This document shows, piece by piece, positions 59,624-64,000 of a stretch of DNA of 64,000 bases. A model generated the notes under the pieces. That model made no database searches, had not been told where the DNA came from, and saw only the letters and a list, made by a program, of their open reading frames with translations. The stretch's first letter is position 1, and every line of letters starts with the position of its first letter. Both the position numbers and the translations under genes were made by a program. This stretch comes from Bacteroidia bacterium (GTDB lineage: Bacteria > Bacteroidota > Bacteroidia > NS11-12g > UBA9320), in the NCBI GenBank assembly GCA_965216465.1, contig CBDCFW010000005.1, positions 480,001-544,000 of the forward strand, read 5' to 3'.

Positions 59624-60265
59624 GTGGGAAAGAAAGGAAAGCTTCAAAAATTTGCTGAAGTAACAGCGTTTGAAAATTGCTTTGAATATGCCAAAGAAAT
59701 GAAAGGCAAATGGAAAAGCGATTATTTCAAAAACGACAATCCAATTACTGTAGAATTGGCTTGCGGCAAAGGCGAATACACTGTTGGTTTAGCTGAGAGA
59801 TTTCCAGATCGAAACTTTATTGGAATTGATGTTAAAGGAAATAGGATTTGGAAAGGAGCAAAATATGCTCTTGAAAAAGGTTTAAAAAATGTAGGCTTTC
59901 ATCGCTTGATGATAGGCAACATAGAAGAATACTTTGCAGTGGGCGAAATCGACGAATTCTGGATTACTTTTCCTGACCCGCAACACGCAAAAGAAAGAAA
60001 ACGTCTAACTAATGCAATGTTTCTAGATCGGTATCGCAACATTTCTAAACCCGGTGCTGTGATGAATTTGAAATCAGATTCAACCCGGTTCTACGATTAC
60101 ACTAAGGAAGTAATTGAAGACCAAAAATTGGAAGTTCTGGCTGACTCAAACGACATTTATAATTGGGATGATATTCCTGAGCATTTAGCTAATATTCAGA
60201 CATTTTACGAAAAGATGTGGCTGAGTGACGGCAAAAAGATCAAATACCTACGTTACGTCCTTTAG
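59624..60265 (+). CDS. trmB: tRNA (guanine-N7)-methyltransferase
   Basis: ELACGKGEY, GIDVKG, ITFPDP, QTFYE. Confidence 0.95.
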   Translation: MGKKGKLQKFAEVTAFENCFEYAKEMKGKWKSDYFKNDNPITVELACGKGEYTVGLAERFPDRNFIGIDVKGNRIWKGAKYALEKGLKNVGFHRLMIGNIEEYFAVGEIDEFWITFPDPQHAKERKRLTNAMFLDRYRNISKPGAVMNLKSDSTRFYDYTKEVIEDQKLEVLADSNDIYNWDDIPEHLANIQTFYEKMWLSDGKKIKYLRYVL

Positions 60266-62166
60266 AATATCTCTGAGAAACCGTATTGATACGGGTTCCC
60301 TATTCTTCTTCTTACGGTAAAGTCTTTAAATTCTAAGGAATCTTTGTCTTTGTTCCAAACGAAGGTTTTAAACTCGGCATTTTTATTTTGCCAATTAATA
60401 TCTGATAATTTGATGGAATGATGTACCCATTGATAATCTAAAGAATCTCGATTTACTAGTCGTCCAAAATCCATCTCACTCCAATGGATATTGCCTTCTT
60501 CTCCTTCGATTACTGCAACAAGTGAATATCTGCTCTGGTTGTCCAATTTCACTTGTACTGAAATATCAATAAAACTGTTGTCACCCAAATACATAGAATC
60601 TAATTTTCTGCTAAAAGAAGGTGACCATTCTGATAAAGAATCTAGCGTGCAATATCTTCTTGACGGAGCATAAGCTTCAGAAACCATAGACTTATTCGGA
60701 ACACTCCAACCCGACCTATCATCTGATTTCGGAAAATGTGTGATTACATACTCTGATCTGTAGTTGTAATTGCTAAATAGCTGTGTACATCCTCCCACAT
60801 AATTATTCTGCCACTTCTTATTCGGATAAAATTCTTGAATTACGGGTATAAAATTGGGATTAGTGTTTGACCAAGCTCCCACATAAACAGCGTGAAACGA
60901 GTCCTTCCTAATCTCTAAAAATTCTCTCAGCTCTAGTTCACTCTTGAATTCATCTAACCAATAAAATGGCGTGTTGTGTTCGAACTTGTTTTTATAATAT
61001 GCTGAAATCTTGCGATGCGAATCAACCAAATACAGCACATCACCATAAACCTTGGCTGAATCCATATCGGTTAAAATGTGTTTATAGTGTGGTGTGGTAA
61101 CCAGTTGGTAATGTTTTCGTGCACCCGTTAAACTTGTAATGCTAAAAAAGAGTATGATAGCTACCATGATCAAATTAAACATTGGTTTTTGCTGCTTGAG
61201 CACTCCAAACAAAGCGATTAACGCAAATGGAAAACCGAAGATCAGCACAGAATACTGCAACACCGAATTGACACGTATTGAGTAGATATAACCAATCAAT
61301 GCAGGGAGAATAGAAATAGCCAGAAAGAATGTCCATTTTTTCCATTGCCATTTTGGTTTACCGCTGGTAGCAATTCCAAGTCCAACTAGAGCTCCTACAA
61401 TTAAGATCAGCGTAAAAGAACCGTGAAATAGATATTGAACGAAGTTTTTAAAGAACTCTTGTGTTGGTTTCGCCAGCCAGCCTTCTACTCCGCCACCACT
61501 GAGCTGATGAAAAAATATGGATAGATGCGGAATATATAAAACCGCCATTCCAAGTGATGCAAGTAAATATTTCAGCCTTAGATGTTTCGGCACAAGCAGC
61601 GTTCCAAACACAACAACCAATCCTGCGAAGAGCAAGCTAAAATGATGGTTGTATGCACACAAGGCCCCGAATAGAACGAAGCCAATCCAATGTATAATTG
61701 GTCGGTTGGAAGTTTCTTTAACAAGTCTTGTAAAGCAATATACCATCATCAACCCGAAGTACATTCCGCTGATATACGGACGGGCGGTAATGCTATACAT
61801 GATAGGGTATTGCAACCCAGCTATCAAGGTAGAAGCGAGTAAGCCTGTAGTTTCATTGAACCAAGCTTTTCCAATTTTAAAGGTTAGCCAGATAGATGCA
61901 ATTCCGGCAAGTGTAAAAGGCAGCTTAATTGCCCATTCGTTCATCCCCACTAATTGTACCCAATAATAAAGAAATACTTGAATTCCAGCCGGGTGACCAT
62001 CAGGCATAACGCCATATTGAATCAGCTCCGAAAACGAAGAAAACTGGGTTCGAAATAGAGCACTAAATTCGTCGTGAGCAAATGGAATTTCAGCGTAGCG
62101 ATAGAAACGCAAGAGCGTTCCGGCTACGAGTATAAATGCCAATATAATCTTGTTGGATAGCTTCAC
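60262..62166 (-). CDS. ArnT/PMT-like (GT39/GT83) membrane glycosyltransferase with soluble C-terminal domain
   Basis: DE motif in first loop, HPAG, ARPY, many TM helices, beta-rich C-terminus. Confidence 0.8.
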   Translation of the reverse strand: MKLSNKIILAFILVAGTLLRFYRYAEIPFAHDEFSALFRTQFSSFSELIQYGVMPDGHPAGIQVFLYYWVQLVGMNEWAIKLPFTLAGIASIWLTFKIGKAWFNETTGLLASTLIAGLQYPIMYSITARPYISGMYFGLMMVYCFTRLVKETSNRPIIHWIGFVLFGALCAYNHHFSLLFAGLVVVFGTLLVPKHLRLKYLLASLGMAVLYIPHLSIFFHQLSGGGVEGWLAKPTQEFFKNFVQYLFHGSFTLILIVGALVGLGIATSGKPKWQWKKWTFFLAISILPALIGYIYSIRVNSVLQYSVLIFGFPFALIALFGVLKQQKPMFNLIMVAIILFFSITSLTGARKHYQLVTTPHYKHILTDMDSAKVYGDVLYLVDSHRKISAYYKNKFEHNTPFYWLDEFKSELELREFLEIRKDSFHAVYVGAWSNTNPNFIPVIQEFYPNKKWQNNYVGGCTQLFSNYNYRSEYVITHFPKSDDRSGWSVPNKSMVSEAYAPSRRYCTLDSLSEWSPSFSRKLDSMYLGDNSFIDISVQVKLDNQSRYSLVAVIEGEEGNIHWSEMDFGRLVNRDSLDYQWVHHSIKLSDINWQNKNAEFKTFVWNKDKDSLEFKDFTVRRRIGNPYQYGFSEIF

Positions 62167-62204
62167 AAACGTGAACCAAAATTAACAAAATCGGCCACAA
62201 TGGC

Positions 62205-62768
62205 TTACAGGTTGTTTTCGATGTAATCGATTAAAGAATGAATTACCTTAATATGTATTTCTTGGGCGCGGTCTGCATAATTGCTTTTCGGTGCACGTAT
62301 TTCAACGTCGCACAGTCCTGCCATTTTTCCACCGTCTTTTCCGGTTAACCCAATAACCTTCATGCCTTTTGCTTTAGCAGCTTCGATTGCTCGGATAACA
62401 TTGGCACTGTTTCCACTTGTGCTAATTCCTAAGAGTACATCGCCTTTACGACCAACGCCTTCCACATAACGTGAAAAAACATATTCGTAACCGTAATCAT
62501 TGCCTACACATGCCATGTGCGAAGCATCTGCAATGGCGATTGCTCCAATGGCTGGACGATTATCGCGGTACCTGCCTGTTAACTCTTCTGCGAAGTGCAT
62601 GGCATCGCACAGGCTACCACCATTTCCGCACGAAAGAATTTTACCTTCGTTTTTGAGACTATCAACCATTAAAGCACCAGCGGCTTCAATGTTTTTGAAG
62701 TTTTGCTCGTCTGATAAAAATTGGGTTAATACCTCTTGTGCTTCTGTAAAGTGTGCCTTAATGCTCAT
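62205..62768 (-). CDS. gmhA: D-sedoheptulose-7-phosphate isomerase
   Basis: CGNGGS, GNDYGY, STSGNS, QEIH. Confidence 0.96.
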   Translation of the reverse strand: MSIKAHFTEAQEVLTQFLSDEQNFKNIEAAGALMVDSLKNEGKILSCGNGGSLCDAMHFAEELTGRYRDNRPAIGAIAIADASHMACVGNDYGYEYVFSRYVEGVGRKGDVLLGISTSGNSANVIRAIEAAKAKGMKVIGLTGKDGGKMAGLCDVEIRAPKSNYADRAQEIHIKVIHSLIDYIENNL

Positions 62769-64000
62769 CTATTGTTGTACTTATCAAACCCTTCATCCAA
62801 AAACTTTATGAACTTGGTTTCGTCAGGATCATAACCTCCACCAATGCTCAATATAGTTCCTTCCTCATCCACAATATAATAATAAGGTTGGCCTTGACTA
62901 TTGAACGTATTCAATTGTAAGTCTTTGTTGCGATCAGCAAGAGTTTCAATTTTATCTCCATCTTTATTGGTATACTGCTCATCTTTAGGCAATTTTTTTC
63001 GCTCATCAGTATAAAGACTAGCTATAACAAAGTTGTTTTGCAATCTCTTAAGCACTTCCGGTTTTACCCAAACATATTCTTCCATCTTACGGCAATTTGC
63101 ACACGTATGACCGGTGAAATCAACAAAAACAGGTTTGCCTATTTCTTTTGATTTTGCAAGTGCATCCTCATAAACAAAAATTCCAGTTAGGCCATGTGGT
63201 AAATGAAGAATATCAGAATATCTAATTTCTGAATCATGAGTATCCGTAGAAGCCTGTGCAGCTCCTCCTTGAAGAACTACATAGTCTTGTGTTGTCATTG
63301 GTGGCAACAACCCAGAAAGAGGTTTTAGTGGTGCTCCCCATAATCCTGGGATAAGGTATATTCCAAAGCTAAAAGCAGCAACAGCCATCAAAAATCTAGG
63401 AACAGGAATTCGATCCATATCGCTATCATGCGGAAACTTTATCTTTCCTAAAAAGTATGCTCCTAAAGCTATTGAAAGAACAATCCAAATGCTCAAGAAC
63501 ACATCTCTATCTAGAATCCCCCAGTGATAAGCAAGATCAGCTTGAGATAAGAATTTGAACGCTAATGCAAGCTCTGCAAATCCTAAGAAAACTTTAACTG
63601 AATTCAACCAACCTCCAGATTGAGGCAAAGACTTCATCCATTGCGGGAAGAAGGCAAATAAAGTAAATGGTATTGCAAACATGAGAGAGAAGCCAAGCAT
63701 TGCTGCCAGTGGCTTCATAATTTCTCCAGAAGCTGCCAAAATCGAAACGGAACCAACAATTGGGGCGGTGCAAGAGAATGACACAAGAACCAAAGTAAAT
63801 GCAATGAAGAAAACGCCAAGGTAACCTCCTCTATCTCCTTTAGCATCCATCTTGTTTACAAATCCACTCGGAAGTGTAAGTTCAAACATTCCTAAGAATG
63901 ACAGAGCGAAGAATATGAAGATTAAGAAGAATAATACATTAGGTAACCAGTGGGTACTTAAGGCGTGAGCAAACGTTGCACCAAACAACATTGCGAGCAA
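62765..64000 (-). CDS. dsbD: DsbD-family thiol:disulfide interchange protein (3' part; 5' end outside window)
   Basis: TM domain with FSCTAP and [12 protein letters not shown]; thioredoxin [10 protein letters not shown]. Confidence 0.92.
   Translation of the reverse strand: MLAMLFGATFAHALSTHWLPNVLFFLIFIFFALSFLGMFELTLPSGFVNKMDAKGDRGGYLGVFFIAFTLVLVSFSCTAPIVGSVSILAASGEIMKPLAAMLGFSLMFAIPFTLFAFFPQWMKSLPQSGGWLNSVKVFLGFAELALAFKFLSQADLAYHWGILDRDVFLSIWIVLSIALGAYFLGKIKFPHDSDMDRIPVPRFLMAVAAFSFGIYLIPGLWGAPLKPLSGLLPPMTTQDYVVLQGGAAQASTDTHDSEIRYSDILHLPHGLTGIFVYEDALAKSKEIGKPVFVDFTGHTCANCRKMEEYVWVKPEVLKRLQNNFVIASLYTDERKKLPKDEQYTNKDGDKIETLADRNKDLQLNTFNSQGQPYYYIVDEEGTILSIGGGYDPDETKFIKFLDEGFDKYNNR

Overview
Gene-dense, AT-rich chromosomal region of a Bacteroidota bacterium, judged from TAnnTTTG -7 promoter elements, a T9SS cargo with a PorV-family gene, split atpD-atpC with a short epsilon, and a Bacteroidota-style SRP RNA. 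It carries about 55 CDS, mostly core housekeeping and envelope biogenesis (mtaB, phoBR-like, gatB, alaS, pdxJ, atpDC, fsa/tal, gltA, ruvC, greA, murI, skp x2, SurA-type PPIases, moxR, trmB, gmhA, dsbD). I saw no mobile element, rRNA, tRNA or CRISPR array. Five things stand out. (1) A 13.5-kb outer-membrane locus: two paralogous ~1200-aa TonB-dependent-receptor-like barrels, a 1288-aa T9SS cargo and its own PorV-family protein. (2) A candidate sigma54-dependent ~200-nt sRNA after atpC, with a -24/-12-like motif, an IHF-like site and an intrinsic terminator. (3) Two genes whose conserved N-termini have no ATG/GTG/TTG (murI, probably ATC; Dpm1-like GT2, probably ATT). (4) An in-frame TGA at a conserved Gly in an MDR oxidoreductase. 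(5) A promoter-proximal hairpin in the greA leader. All calls come from reading motifs by eye; no searches were run.
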